Part shown: one piece after another, positions 1 through 10,400 of the stretch
Layout: the number at the start of each line of letters is the position of its first letter
Position numbering within the stretch: position 1 is the stretch's first letter
Source: an uncultured Bacillota bacterium
GTDB taxonomy: Bacteria > Bacillota > Clostridia > Christensenellales > UBA1242
Length of the DNA: 64,000 nucleotides
Reading direction: 5' to 3'
Assembly: GCA_949283975.1 (NCBI GenBank)
Contig: CASDUK010000003.1
Location: 175,655-239,654, forward strand
Made by a program: the position numbers and the translations under genes
Notes under the pieces: model-generated
Told to the model about the DNA's origin: nothing
What the model saw: only the letters and a program-made list of their open reading frames with translations
Databases searched by the model: none

Positions 1-590
1 TTGCTGTTTTAGTTCCCGGAACATATATTTCGCTTAGGCTATATCACTATAACATTGTTCCGATAAATTTTTTGATTACAATTTCAAATGCAACAGTTGC
101 AATTCCGCTAACCCCGTTTTTGGAAATTGTCTTTATTTTGGTTCTGTTTGAAATTCTCTATGAGGTTAGTTTGCGGCTTCCAAGCTATTTGGGACTTGCA
201 ACAAGCGTTGTTGGAGCGCTAATTTTGGGAGACACTGGCGTTAAGGCCGGCCTAATTTCCCCGCCAGGGGTTATGATTATTGCAATAAGCATAATTGCGG
301 TTTACACAATTCCAGATCAAGTTGACCAAATTAATTTGCTTCGTGCAGTTTTTATTGTTCTTGGCGGCGCGCTTGGAATTTTTGGGGTTATTGCTGGAGT
401 AATTTTCGTAATTGCCTATCTCAACAGCATAGATAACTTTGGCGTTGCCTATCTTGCGCCATATTCTCCAAGAATTAGTCAGGATTTAAAAGACGCCCTA
501 ATTAAATCCAATATTACAAAGATGAAATTAAGGCCAAAAAGCCTTCACACTAAAAATAAAGTGAGGTTAAAAAATGACGAAAACAATTAG
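1..590 (+). CDS. spore germination receptor A subunit (GerAA/GerKA family), C-terminal part; the 5' end lies outside the window
   Basis: The frame containing 72..590 stays open back to nt 3, so the TTG at 72 is not the true start. The translation ...FLEIVF..ATSVVGALILGDTGVKAGLISPPGVMIIAISIIAVYTIP matches the conserved membrane core of GerA-family A subunits. B and C subunit genes follow. Confidence 0.8.
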   Translation, partial: AVLVPGTYISLRLYHYNIVPINFLITISNATVAIPLTPFLEIVFILVLFEILYEVSLRLPSYLGLATSVVGALILGDTGVKAGLISPPGVMIIAISIIAVYTIPDQVDQINLLRAVFIVLGGALGIFGVIAGVIFVIAYLNSIDNFGVAYLAPYSPRISQDLKDALIKSNITKMKLRPKSLHTKNKVRLKNDENN

Positions 591-1713
591 CGCGCGCCAA
601 CTTTCATTAGTTGCCTTTATCTCTGTTTTTTCGCTAAAACTAACAGTTTTGCCCTCGCTTTTTTATTCCAAAGCCGGGATTGACGCAATCTTTTCGCTCT
701 TTATAATAATGGCATTTGATTTTTTAGAATTGCTGTTAATTTTTTACGTTTTAAAGAGAAATCAGGATATAAGTTTTTATCAATTTCTTTCTAACAAGGT
801 TGGCAAGTTTTTTGCCAAATTAATACTCTTGGCAATTTTCTCCTATTATTTTTTCAAAATGCTTTTGCTTTGCAGCGGGGGATATAACTATGCAAGTTTA
901 GCAATTTTTAAAGAAGCCCCGCGCCATCTTTTCTTGTTCATTTTGCTTGTTTCATCTTGTTCGCTCTATCTTTTTAAAAGCCGCTCCTATGCAAGAACAA
1001 TCGAGTTCTTCTATCCGATTGTTGCAACAATGTTCGTTCTGTTTGTTGGAATTGCTCTCTTTACCGCCCCTCTTCAGGACATCCGCCCGCTTTTAACAAC
1101 GCCCGCACAAAACATTTTTGAAAGCTCTTTTATGTTCTCAGTTTTGGGCGGAAACTATCTTTTCATGCTTCTGTTTATGGGAAAAATTAAGTTTGGAAAA
1201 AATCCGAATAAAACGCTTTTTGGCCATGTTTTTTTCGCATGGGCGCTGCTAATGATTTTTTACATAATTGATTATTCAATTTTTAAATATACAGCCGTTG
1301 CCCACCCTCATGCAATTTCTGAAATAATTCAATATTTGCCCCTTCCAAGCATTTTGGGGAATTTCGATTGGATTGCCGTTTCATTTATGTTGGTTTTATA
1401 TATTTTGCAAGGAGGATTGTTTTTCTATTGCATGTGCTATTCGCTTAATAAAGTTTTTGAAGTTAAGAAAATTGAGAAAATGGGCGCTGTTTCAAAAGTT
1501 GTTTTGGGCTTTGTCAACTTGCTTTTATTGCTATTTATCTATTTTGTTTTTCCAACATTTTCGGATTTGAGAGAGTTTGCTTTTAATGGGCTTTTTGTTC
1601 CAATTTTAAGCACAATTGTTATGCTTGTTCCAATTATTTGTTTTATCTTAGAGGTTTTAAGCAAGGGGAAAAGTTTAAGAAAACTCCAACACTTAAAAGC
1701 CAAAAAGGGCTGA
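574..1713 (+). CDS. spore germination receptor B subunit (GerAB-type APC-superfamily permease)
   Basis: The 379-aa product is a polytopic membrane protein with about 10 hydrophobic helices. It overlaps the A-subunit stop by 17 nt and sits second in an A-B-C operon. Confidence 0.75.
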   Translation: MTKTISARQLSLVAFISVFSLKLTVLPSLFYSKAGIDAIFSLFIIMAFDFLELLLIFYVLKRNQDISFYQFLSNKVGKFFAKLILLAIFSYYFFKMLLLCSGGYNYASLAIFKEAPRHLFLFILLVSSCSLYLFKSRSYARTIEFFYPIVATMFVLFVGIALFTAPLQDIRPLLTTPAQNIFESSFMFSVLGGNYLFMLLFMGKIKFGKNPNKTLFGHVFFAWALLMIFYIIDYSIFKYTAVAHPHAISEIIQYLPLPSILGNFDWIAVSFMLVLYILQGGLFFYCMCYSLNKVFEVKKIEKMGAVSKVVLGFVNLLLLLFIYFVFPTFSDLREFAFNGLFVPILSTIVMLVPIICFILEVLSKGKSLRKLQHLKAKKG

Positions 1714-1748
1714 AAACCAAAAAATTTTGTCTTTAAAGGTGAGAAGAA

Positions 1749-2990
1749 ATGAAGAAATTAATTAATTTTTTAAAAAATCATCCAATTTATTGTTTAATTA
1801 TTATAATTTGCGTTGTTTTTCTTCCTGGGGCAATAATTGCTAAACCCCAAGCGGAATCAAAGCTTATAATAAGGGCTCTTGGAATAGACAAATCTGGCGA
1901 TGAATACCAGGTTTCGGCAATTGCCTTTTTACCAAAAGCAAGCCAATCTTTCCAGGAAAACTACAAGATTGTTGAGGGAAAGGGGAAGACGCTTTATGAC
2001 GCAGTTTCGGCCACGGCAAAGGAAACAGGAAAGGACATTGGCCTTGCCCACACGGGAATTGTTTTTGTTAACGATGAAATTTGCCGGGAAGGGCTTGTTG
2101 AGGTTATTGACTTTTTGGTTAGAGATTACAGCCTTGGGAATGACACATATGTTGTCTATGTTCCATCGTCCACAAAGGAGCTTGTTGAAGCCGCCCACAA
2201 TTTGGCAATGTCCAGCGGAATTCATCTTGGAGATGTTGCTGGATATGATGAAAAAAAGGTTATTCACGGAGAGTCTAACATTGAATCAATTTATGATTCT
2301 GCCTATTCGCCAAGCAAGTGTTCGCTTATGACAATCATGGAAATGAGCGAAGAGGAGGGAATTGAGCCGGGCGGAGGGCAGAGCGCAGGAGGAACGGGAG
2401 AAGAGCAGTCTGGCGGCGGCGGCGAGCAAGCACAAAAGCCGCAAAAGAAAATTTTAAACGAAGAAAAAATTTTAATTTTAAAAGAGGGCAAAAAGGCGCT
2501 TATTCTAGAGCCGGAGCAAACAAAAAAATATAAATGGACAAAAAGCTCAAACTTTGCAGACGCCTTGACCCTTGAAAATTACAGCGATAAAAACTTTAAA
2601 AATGCAACGCTTTCCCTTAGCGTTAACTCAAACGATGTTTCTCAAAGGCTTTCGTTTAAAGGCGGAAAACCAATCTATACGTTTCTAATTAAACCAAGGC
2701 TTTCAATTGTTGAAGTAAACCAAGAAGATTTAGATGACGACATTTTTATTGATGTTTCAAAGTTTGAAACAGAAAAACTTAAAACAACAATCAACAACAA
2801 AATTAAAAACGAGGTTTATGATTTCATTAAAACATTTGTTGATGCAAACACAGACATTAACATGATTTATGAAAAATTTAATGCAGAAAAAACAAGCCAA
2901 TTTCAAAGTTTTTTAGAGGGCCTTGAAAATAAAGATAATTTTCTTTCAGAAATAAAATTCTATGTTGAAGTTGACTGCAAAATTGAATAA
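1749..2990 (+). CDS. Ger(x)C-family germination receptor C subunit
   Basis: It has an N-terminal hydrophobic anchor followed by the LIIRALGIDKSGDEY motif typical of GerC N-domains, and it is the third gene of the operon. It carries a G/E/Q-rich low-complexity insert (EEGIEPGGGQSAGGTGEEQSGGGGEQAQ). Confidence 0.7.
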   Translation: MKKLINFLKNHPIYCLIIIICVVFLPGAIIAKPQAESKLIIRALGIDKSGDEYQVSAIAFLPKASQSFQENYKIVEGKGKTLYDAVSATAKETGKDIGLAHTGIVFVNDEICREGLVEVIDFLVRDYSLGNDTYVVYVPSSTKELVEAAHNLAMSSGIHLGDVAGYDEKKVIHGESNIESIYDSAYSPSKCSLMTIMEMSEEEGIEPGGGQSAGGTGEEQSGGGGEQAQKPQKKILNEEKILILKEGKKALILEPEQTKKYKWTKSSNFADALTLENYSDKNFKNATLSLSVNSNDVSQRLSFKGGKPIYTFLIKPRLSIVEVNQEDLDDDIFIDVSKFETEKLKTTINNKIKNEVYDFIKTFVDANTDINMIYEKFNAEKTSQFQSFLEGLENKDNFLSEIKFYVEVDCKIE

Positions 2991-3077
2991 AAATTAAATT
3001 AAAATTTGAATTTTTTAAAATAAATTAATATTTTTTATAAAAAAATTCAAAAAAACCATAAAATTCTACAAAAAAAC

Positions 3078-4037
3078 AATATCGACAGCAACGGACAAGA
3101 AATTGCCAAATATGTCTATGATGCTTGGGGAAATCACAAAACATATGTATTGAATAACTCACAATACGTTGACATTTCAGAGAATTTGAGTTATACTAAT
3201 GATGGTTCAAACAATAAATTTATTGCTGAATTAAATCCATTCCGTTATCGTGGTTACTACTATGACATTGAAACAGGTCTGTACTACTTAAATAGTAGAT
3301 ACTATGATCCAGAAATTGGTAGATTTATCAATGCTGATGACATTGCCACACTTAATATTACAAATACAGCAATTAATGGTTTGAATTTATATGCATATTG
3401 TTTAAATAACCCTGTTAACGAACGTGATGATAGTGGATATTTCTTGCTTTGGTTATTTATTACAGCAATTGTAGTTGGCGCTATTATATCCGCTGGAGTA
3501 GAAATTGTTTCACAAGGCATTTCAAATGGTTGGGATAATATCAATTGGGGACAAGTTGGTTGGTCTGCATTAATGGGTGGCATTGGCGGAGCTCTTACAG
3601 TTTCAGGATTAGGAGTTCTCGGAATGACTATTGCGGGAGCTGGTTTAGGTCTAGTAAGTTCAGTAGGATCAAATGTTATTGGTGGTAGCGATTTTACCAA
3701 CTGGCGTACCTGGGTCAACATTGGCATATCCACAGGATTAGGTACTTTGTTTGGGTTTATTGGTGGAAAAGGAGCTACTAACTACAGTGTTTTAGATAAA
3801 GGGGTTAAATCCTCAAGTGAATTCGCAAAAGCTGCTTTAAGTTATAATAAAGTTTTAAAGAAAATTGCAAGTGGTTCATACAAAAACTTGGCTGGTGCTG
3901 CTGGTGCAAGATCAATTACATCTAGAGCATTACAGAACGCATGGCAAACAGCTGTAATAAAAACAGCTTGGAAAACATTTGCCGGAGGCTTAAAATATAA
4001 TATTATTCAAAGTATTTTAAATATAATTAAATTTTAG
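3078..4037 (+). CDS. orphan, 5'-truncated RHS/YD-repeat toxin tip (end of the RHS core plus a variable glycine-zipper C-terminal domain)
   Basis: The frame is open from 3024 with no ATG or GTG; the first possible start is the TTG at 3150. YD-repeat text begins abruptly (DSNGQEIAKYVYDAWGNHKTYV). It is followed by the RHS core end NPFRYRGYYYDIETGLYYLNSRYYDPEIGRFINAD and NPVNERDDSG. A roughly 200-aa Gly-rich hydrophobic C-terminus follows (GGIGGALTVSGLGVLGMTIAGAGLGLV). Confidence 0.7.
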   Translation, partial: NIDSNGQEIAKYVYDAWGNHKTYVLNNSQYVDISENLSYTNDGSNNKFIAELNPFRYRGYYYDIETGLYYLNSRYYDPEIGRFINADDIATLNITNTAINGLNLYAYCLNNPVNERDDSGYFLLWLFITAIVVGAIISAGVEIVSQGISNGWDNINWGQVGWSALMGGIGGALTVSGLGVLGMTIAGAGLGLVSSVGSNVIGGSDFTNWRTWVNIGISTGLGTLFGFIGGKGATNYSVLDKGVKSSSEFAKAALSYNKVLKKIASGSYKNLAGAAGARSITSRALQNAWQTAVIKTAWKTFAGGLKYNIIQSILNIIKF

Positions 4038-4050
4038 AGGAGAAATAACG

Positions 4051-4431
4051 ATGTATGTAATTTATTTATTGTTGGAGAGTATAATTATTACTATAATATC
4101 ATTTTGGATTGCTCGCTCACCAAAATTCTGTGAATATTTTAATGATTTTCCAGAAAAGTTTTTAGTTAATAATAAATTTTGTAAAACTATACTTATAAAT
4201 CCAAAATATCCAACAACAAAATGGTTTTTCGTGTTGATAATTACCCAAATAGTACTTACTTTTATAACACTTTTACTTAGTATTTTGTATTGGATAGGTA
4301 TAAATCATCTGACTTTTTTAAATACATATATATCTCTAATTATTTATTTGATTGTATTTGGATTATGCTTTGTTCCTATAGGTATAATAAATTCATTTAT
4401 GATTAAAAAATATATTTTTAACAAAAATTGA
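4051..4431 (+). CDS. small polytopic membrane protein, putative cognate immunity protein of the RHS tip
   Basis: The 126-aa product has about 4 hydrophobic helices. Its ATG lies 13 nt after the toxin stop and is preceded by GAGGAG. It is very AT-rich like the toxin tip. The toxin-then-immunity position is the only functional evidence. Confidence 0.45.
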   Translation: MYVIYLLLESIIITIISFWIARSPKFCEYFNDFPEKFLVNNKFCKTILINPKYPTTKWFFVLIITQIVLTFITLLLSILYWIGINHLTFLNTYISLIIYLIVFGLCFVPIGIINSFMIKKYIFNKN

Positions 4432-4443
4432 TCTATAATATTT

Positions 4444-4481
4444 AAGCATGTGTAACCTGATTTAGTTACTCATGCTTTTTT
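4444..4481 (+). terminator. rho-independent terminator after the RHS tip/immunity pair
   Basis: AAGCATG-t-GTAAC (8-nt loop) GTTAC-t-CATGCTT followed by TTTTAT. Confidence 0.6.
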
Positions 4482-4503
4482 ATGTTTAAAGATTCACAAA
4501 TGA

Positions 4504-4620
4504 CGTCATCTTCTTATAGAGAACAACAAAAAACTCAATAAAACCTCCCTATTCTCTTATGACAAAGGTGGGAATATTACTGAACGCATTGAATATGCTT
4601 ATAGCACTCTCCCAGCTTAA
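4504..4620 (+). pseudogene. YD-repeat (RHS core) remnant with no start codon
   Basis: The translation ...TSLFSYDKGGNITERIEYAYSTLPA* is a canonical YD repeat. It is bounded by an in-frame TGA at 4501 and a stop at 4618-4620. Confidence 0.5.
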
Positions 4621-4622
4621 AA

Positions 4623-4660
4623 ATAAAAAAAATCCTAAAATTTAATTAGGATTTTTATTT
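4623..4660. terminator. bidirectional terminator (ends ypeB on the minus strand)
   Basis: The hairpin ATCCTAA-aatttaa-TTAGGAT is flanked by an A-run upstream and a T-run downstream. Confidence 0.6.
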
Positions 4661-4677
4661 TTAAAATTCAATTTGTA

Positions 4678-6084
4678 TTACATCAAAAGATTTCCATTAT
4701 CTGTTTTAATAACTTTAAGAATGTTTTCAAGGTTTCCATTTTCTGCATTGAAATAAAAATAATATGTTGCGCCTGCTTTTTCACATTCGAATTCATACGT
4801 TAAAACTTCGCGGTTATATTCAAGCGGGCTTAAAGCCAAGCGAGAGGAAACAATTTTAAAGTCGTTTGAAATTTTTGCTTTTGCCTCGGCTTTTGAATAG
4901 CTTGGAGATGGAAGATTTCTTTCAATATGATTTGTATAGTACGAGGTTGCCTCCCAGCCAAGAATGTTTCCAGTTGCCAAATCAATTTTAACTTTTATTA
5001 AATCCGGATAGAGAATTATGTCGTTCTCAACTGGCGCAAGGTTCAGATATGTGTCGTTTCCAACAACATCGCTCCATACGCATTCCATGTTGGAAAGGCC
5101 TTGGGCCTTTGCAAAATTGGTTGCAATTTCAATTGCGTCTTCGTTTGAAAGCGTTTTGCTTGCGCGGCCTGCGTGAGAGCTTAGCGTTAAAAGCTTTCCG
5201 CCGGCTTTTGTTATTTGAGCGTAATATTCCTGGCCGCCTTCAAGAACAATTTTGAAATCATATGTTTTAAACCTTCCGTTTGTTTCTCCAACAAACTCTG
5301 TTGTTTGGCTTTTGGCTGGCGTTGCGCCATCAACATCTTTTGTTGCCTCTTCTTGTTTTTTAAAGAGGTTTTTTGCAATTTCGGTTGCCTCCTCTTTGCT
5401 TATTTCTTTAAAGTTTAGCCCTTTAATTTCCTTGTTGACAACAGAATCTGAAAATGGGCCGTCATAAATCATTGAAGGGTAATCTTCGTCAACCGTTTTA
5501 ACGCCTTGAATTTTGCTTGTAAAATCTGTGAAAGAGGCGTTTTCTTTTAAATTGCTGTGTTTCGAAATGTTATAGCCGTTCATAATTTCCGTTGACATTT
5601 CGTTAAGTTTATATTTGATTGTTGAAACGCTGTTATAAAGCTGCTTTAAGGTTTTTAGGTTTTCGCTTGAAAGGGTGTCTGATTGATCTGAAGCAAGAAC
5701 GCTTGTAAATCCGCTAAGTTGGTTTATGAATTTTGTCGTCTCTGGAATTCCGTTCATTGAAATTGGAAGATAGGAAAGGTTGTTTTGGGCGTCATTAGCG
5801 TTTTCGTGAATTTCGGTTAAAAGCTTTTTGGAATATTCTCCTCCCGTTGAATTGACAAGTTTTCCAAGTTTAACTTCTGCGTTGTTAACGTTGTCAACCA
5901 AATCGAAAAACGAGCGCTGATAGATGTTTTCCAAGCTTATTGCCGACTCTTCATAAGAAGTTTTGTTTATTGCATAAAGAACGCAAAAAACTGTCATCAT
6001 AACCGCCAAAACAACAACAAAAACAATTAAAGTAATTAATCCCGCTTTGCTAATGTTGGCCTTTTCTTTTTTTAAATCTTTCAT
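4678..6084 (-). CDS. ypeB: germination protein YpeB (PepSY-domain partner of SleB)
   Basis: The 468-aa product has an N-terminal TM anchor. Its N-region (ENIYQRSFFDLVDNVNNAEVKLGKL ... LSYLPISMNG) resembles YpeB, and it has C-terminal PepSY-like repeats. It lies 15 nt downstream of sleB on the same strand, with RBS AAGGAGAA. Confidence 0.85.
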   Translation of the reverse strand: MKDLKKEKANISKAGLITLIVFVVVLAVMMTVFCVLYAINKTSYEESAISLENIYQRSFFDLVDNVNNAEVKLGKLVNSTGGEYSKKLLTEIHENANDAQNNLSYLPISMNGIPETTKFINQLSGFTSVLASDQSDTLSSENLKTLKQLYNSVSTIKYKLNEMSTEIMNGYNISKHSNLKENASFTDFTSKIQGVKTVDEDYPSMIYDGPFSDSVVNKEIKGLNFKEISKEEATEIAKNLFKKQEEATKDVDGATPAKSQTTEFVGETNGRFKTYDFKIVLEGGQEYYAQITKAGGKLLTLSSHAGRASKTLSNEDAIEIATNFAKAQGLSNMECVWSDVVGNDTYLNLAPVENDIILYPDLIKVKIDLATGNILGWEATSYYTNHIERNLPSPSYSKAEAKAKISNDFKIVSSRLALSPLEYNREVLTYEFECEKAGATYYFYFNAENGNLENILKVIKTDNGNLLM

Positions 6085-6099
6085 AAAATTCTCCTTTTA

Positions 6100-6762
6100 T
6101 TAAATTGCAAAGTTGTGCTTCCCAATTGTAACAACAACTTCGCGGCTAAAAATCCATTCGCTTGTTGCCGTTTCTGGGTTATAGTAATAAATGCAGCCAT
6201 AGGTTGGATCCCAGCCGTTAAGTGCATCTTGCGCCGCCTGATAGGCCGTTTCGTTTGGCTCAAGGTTAATTTGCCCGTCAAAAACTGCGGTAAAGGCCCA
6301 TGGCTGATAAACAACGCCATAAACGGTGTTTGGGAAATCTGGGTGCTCAACGCGGTTTAAAATAACCGCCGCAACGGCAACTTGGCCAACATATGGTTCG
6401 CCTCTTGCTTCGGCATAGACGCATTTTGCAATTAGATATAAATCGTTGCTTGCCTGATCGTTTAAATTAATTCCCAAAAGGCGCGCCGTTTCTGGGCCAA
6501 CAATTCCGTCTGCCGTAACACCATAGTCAAATTGAAAGTTTTTAATTGCCTCAGTCGTTTCCCAGTTTAGTGTTCCATCAACTGCGCCGCTGTAATAGCC
6601 AAGGTCTTTAAGCCTTTGCTGTATTGCAACGTTTTGAGAATAGGTTGTTTCTGCCTCAACTTGGCTGACACCAATGTTTGGAATAAAGCCAAGGCTAAAT
6701 GTTGAAAGAGTGCAGATCAACATTAAAACTGCAATAAAATAGAATTTTTTGCTCTTTGCCAT
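6100..6762 (-). CDS. sleB: spore cortex-lytic enzyme SleB (PG_binding_1 plus Hydrolase_2)
   Basis: It has a signal peptide and a peptidoglycan-binding repeat (IQQRLKDLGYYSGAVDGTLNWETTEAIKNFQ...DGIVGPET). The cell-wall hydrolase core is also present (CVYAEARGEPYVGQVAVAAVILNRVEHPDFPNTVYGVVYQPWAFT). RBS is GAGGAG. Confidence 0.9.
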   Translation of the reverse strand: MAKSKKFYFIAVLMLICTLSTFSLGFIPNIGVSQVEAETTYSQNVAIQQRLKDLGYYSGAVDGTLNWETTEAIKNFQFDYGVTADGIVGPETARLLGINLNDQASNDLYLIAKCVYAEARGEPYVGQVAVAAVILNRVEHPDFPNTVYGVVYQPWAFTAVFDGQINLEPNETAYQAAQDALNGWDPTYGCIYYYNPETATSEWIFSREVVVTIGKHNFAI

Positions 6763-6828
6763 AGAAATCTCCTCGGTTTAGATTTCTAGTAGTTTGCGCA
6801 AAATTCAAGTTTTATTCAAAAAATCCCT

Positions 6829-7362
6829 CTAATTGAAGAAGGATTTAATTATTTCAACCAATTTGGATTTGTAAACAACATCTTGGCCGGTTGGGTTGGA
6901 TTTTAAAAAGCAGAGCGGAGGATAGACAACACACCACCAGTTGTTTCCCTCTCCCGTTCCAAGATCTAAAATTAGCGCATCATAAAACCCCTGTTCCAAA
7001 ACAAGGCCATCATAACTGCGCGTTGGAAATTCCTCGGAGGCAAGCCGAGCCTTCGCCTTATATGAAAATCCATTTTTTAATAGAACATTGTTTGCAACAC
7101 TTTCAATTAGAGAAAAGTTTTTTTCAAGCGTTTGTTCCGCCTCCTGTTTTGTTTGGCAGGAGGAAAGAATTGGAATCAAGGCCTCAACAACGGCGTCTTT
7201 AACCTGATATTTAACCGCTTGATCAATTTCAGAGTTGCTGTTGGCGCGGATATGTATTCTTAAATATTCGCTATTTTGCCCGGAAGAATTGTTTAAAAGG
7301 CCAAAGGCAATTAACCCCCCAAGAATTAAAATTAAACAAAGCGTTATTACGGTTTTTTTCAT
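6829..7362 (-). CDS. spoIIR: stage II sporulation protein R
   Basis: It has a signal/TM segment followed by LRIHIRANSNSEIDQAVKYQVKDAVV and NWWCVVYPPLCF, both hallmark SpoIIR motifs. Confidence 0.85.
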   Translation of the reverse strand: MKKTVITLCLILILGGLIAFGLLNNSSGQNSEYLRIHIRANSNSEIDQAVKYQVKDAVVEALIPILSSCQTKQEAEQTLEKNFSLIESVANNVLLKNGFSYKAKARLASEEFPTRSYDGLVLEQGFYDALILDLGTGEGNNWWCVVYPPLCFLKSNPTGQDVVYKSKLVEIIKSFFN

Positions 7363-7441
7363 GGCTAAATTATTGCCACAAAATTATTTTTCAAACATTG
7401 GATAAAATAACAACAAAAGCCAACTTTTTAGCGGCAGAGGG

Positions 7442-7470
7442 TTGACATTTTCATGTTTTTATTATATATT
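7442..7470 (+). promoter_or_regulatory. SigA-type promoter of the coiled-coil protein gene
   Basis: TTGACA (7442-7447), a 17-nt spacer, then TATATT (7465-7470). The ORF track's TTG start is in fact the -35 box. Confidence 0.55.
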
Positions 7471-7495
7471 TAAATTAAACAAAGGAGGGGAAAAG

Positions 7496-10400
7496 GTGGC
7501 AAAAAGTTCCAAAGAGGTGGAAAAAAGTTTCAAAGTTGCTTTAAAGGGCGAGCGAGCGGGCTTTGAGGGAGGCGAAATTGAGGTTTTGTTTGCAGAGAGC
7601 AGTAACTATATCGTTGGCCCTGGCCAAGGAAAAGACGGGGGAGCAGTTGTTGAAATTTCCTTTGATAAAAGCGGCCGTAAGAAGGTTAAACTTTTAAATA
7701 TAGCTGGCGAATTAGATAAATTTGGTTTTGAGGGAAAAGACTATGCAGAATTTGATGCAAAAACAATTACAACCTTTCCAGATTCCCACATTTCAATCCA
7801 GATAGAAAATCCAAATGGAAAAATTTCAACTGTTACTGTTGGAGGGGCGGATATCATAATTAGCGGCAAAGAGAAAAACAAATCACAAATTAGTTTCGAC
7901 AAGCCGCTAAATGTTGAACTTTCTAATAACTATTTTAAAGACATTTCGGCTGGAAATATTAATGTAAAAGCATTTCCTCCTCAAATTTTTGATGCAATTA
8001 AAGGCCTTAATGGCGTTACTGCCAAAGAATTTACAATTAAAGGGAAGGCCGTTAGGTTGTTTGCGGTTGGCAAGGAAGGAGAGGCTCAAATTTATTGCGG
8101 TGTTTCAAATAAGTTTATAAAACTTGAAGAAATCTTTGATCTAGGCGCCGGTGAAGGTTATCACACCCTTGGTTTCCGTTTCCGCGCAGGAGAAAAGGGA
8201 AAGATTGGAAAATATAACGCAAGAATTGAAGGCGTTACAGGCCAAGAAGTTGCCGCGCTAATGGACTTTGTTAAAACTCAAGCTGGTGAAACATTTGTTA
8301 AAACAGGTTCTCCGGGAATGCAAATTGGAGAGGCAAATTTAAATTTTAACCAAAAGCAAACCTCTCAAAAAATTGTTGATTTAACAAAGAAAGATTTAGA
8401 AGACGAGGAAAAGCTAAGGCTTAGAGAAGAGTCCGAGCGAAATAGGCTGGCCGCAGAAAAAGCCCAAGAACAAGCCGATAACGAAAGAGCAGAGAGGGAA
8501 AGGGCTCAGCAAGAAGCAGAACAAGCAAGACAAAAACAACAAGAGGCAGAAAACGAACGAGAACGTGCCCAAAGAGGGTTAGAAGAAGCTCAACAAAGCG
8601 CAGCGGCAAATAAGAATAAAATAATTGAACAAGATGCTACAATAGCGGAATTAAGCGCCAAGATAGCAGAGCTTGAAAGCTTGGGGCTTTCTGCCAAAGA
8701 GGTTCAGCGCTTACAAAACGAGCTTAACGCTAGAATTGAAGAACAACAAAAGAAAGAAGAAGAACTTAAACAAAGGGAAAAAGCCGTTGAGGAAGGGCAG
8801 GCTGCTTTAGATAAAGCAAGAAAAGAAGATGAGGAAAAGCGCAAGGCAGAAGAAAATGAAAAACGCGCGAAAGAAGCAGAAGAACTAAAGCAAAAAATTG
8901 AAACGCTTACAACATCTACTGGGAAATTAAAAGAGGCAAAAAGCAAGTATAGCGACAAATATAAAGCCTTACAAGCTAAGATAGAACGTGTTAAAGACTT
9001 GGCAAACCCAGAAAAGGCTGAGGAAGCAAAAGATGAAATTAAAAGGCTTAGGGCAGAAATAGATAGCAGTTATAACGAACTAGATAAACAATTTAATGAG
9101 GCTGAAGGTTTGGCGGAAGAAGTTAAAGAGGGACAAAAAGAAATTGAGAATCCGCCAACAGAAACGCCAGACGAAGTAAAAAACAACATTGAACAAGTTA
9201 AAAGCGAGGCAGAGGCCGCAGCAACGGAATGGGAAAAAGCAAAGGAGGATCAGTCAATGGATGAACTTAAAGAAGAAGTAGAGAATCTTCAAAATTTAGA
9301 GCAGCCTGAAAACGAAGAACAGCTTGAAAACGAAGAGCAACCCAAAAACGAAGAGGAGCTTGAAAGAGGAGAGCGCGTTATTCTTGGCCCGAGAGAAGAG
9401 CAAAACGAAGAAGAAAACCCTCAGCCGGAAGAAGATAAAAAACCAGAATCTCAAGAGGCTCAAGACAAAGAATCGCTAATTAAAAGATATGAAGAGCTTC
9501 TTCAAGAAACCCGAAAAAGCTTAGATCAACAAGAAAAAAATGTTTCGTTGCTAGCGCGCATGGAGAGCTTAATTGATGAACAGTTAAGCGACATAGGGCT
9601 TGAGAAAGGCGATGAAAGCCAAGAGGCTAAGCGCCAGGAATATGTTAAAGAGGCTTTAAGCTACTATCTAGAAAAAGGGCCAAACATCGACTCTGTCACC
9701 ACACCTGGTCTTGACAGCGACAAATATGACATCGGGAGGACAGAAGATGTAAGGCAGAGAATTAACGCTGGATTGGAAAACGGCAAAGAAAAGTTAATAG
9801 AGCAAGGCAAAGAACTTAAAGAACTTCGCGAAAAAATATTAGAAGCAGATCCGGAACAGCTTACATTTGATGATCGCGTGGCATATCGTGGAGTTATCAA
9901 AGGAATTGAAAATGCAACCGGAATAAACTTTACCCAAACCGAGCCGGGAAATTTTCAGCGTCAGCAAACAGAAATTAGGCAAGTTGACAATTTAACAGAA
10001 ACACAAAACTTTGCCCAAACCGAGCAAGAAAACCCTCAGCCGGAGCAAACGGAAATACAAAACCTTGCTCAAACCGAGCAAGAAAATCCTCAGCCGGAGC
10101 AAACGGAAACACAAAATCTTGCTCAAACAGGGCAAGAAAAGCCTCAGCCAGAGCAACAAGCGCAACAGCCGCCAGAAAACAACCCAGAAGAAGACAAGAA
10201 AGATGAAAAGAAGAAAAAACAGGCTTCGCCTGAACAAAGCGAATTCAAACGCGGCCAAGTTTGGCGCGGCGTTAAATATTCTCTCCTCGGAGCGCTTTGC
10301 GGGCTTTTGTTTGTTGCAACGCTTCTGCTTGGCCTTGCCGGAATGCTTCCAGTTTTCTTCATCTGTTTGGCAAGCACAATTGGCGCATGCGTAATTACAT

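Noticed and set aside
1900-2491. Alternative-frame and antisense ORFs inside gerC (and 1373-1570 inside gerB)
   Set aside because: They are embedded in longer frames that fit the GerA-B-C operon, and their translations are basic or low-complexity.
3302-3733. 143-aa minus-strand ORF antisense to the RHS tip
   Set aside because: It is a Pro-rich shadow of the Gly-rich sense frame, and the sense frame carries the diagnostic RHS core motifs.
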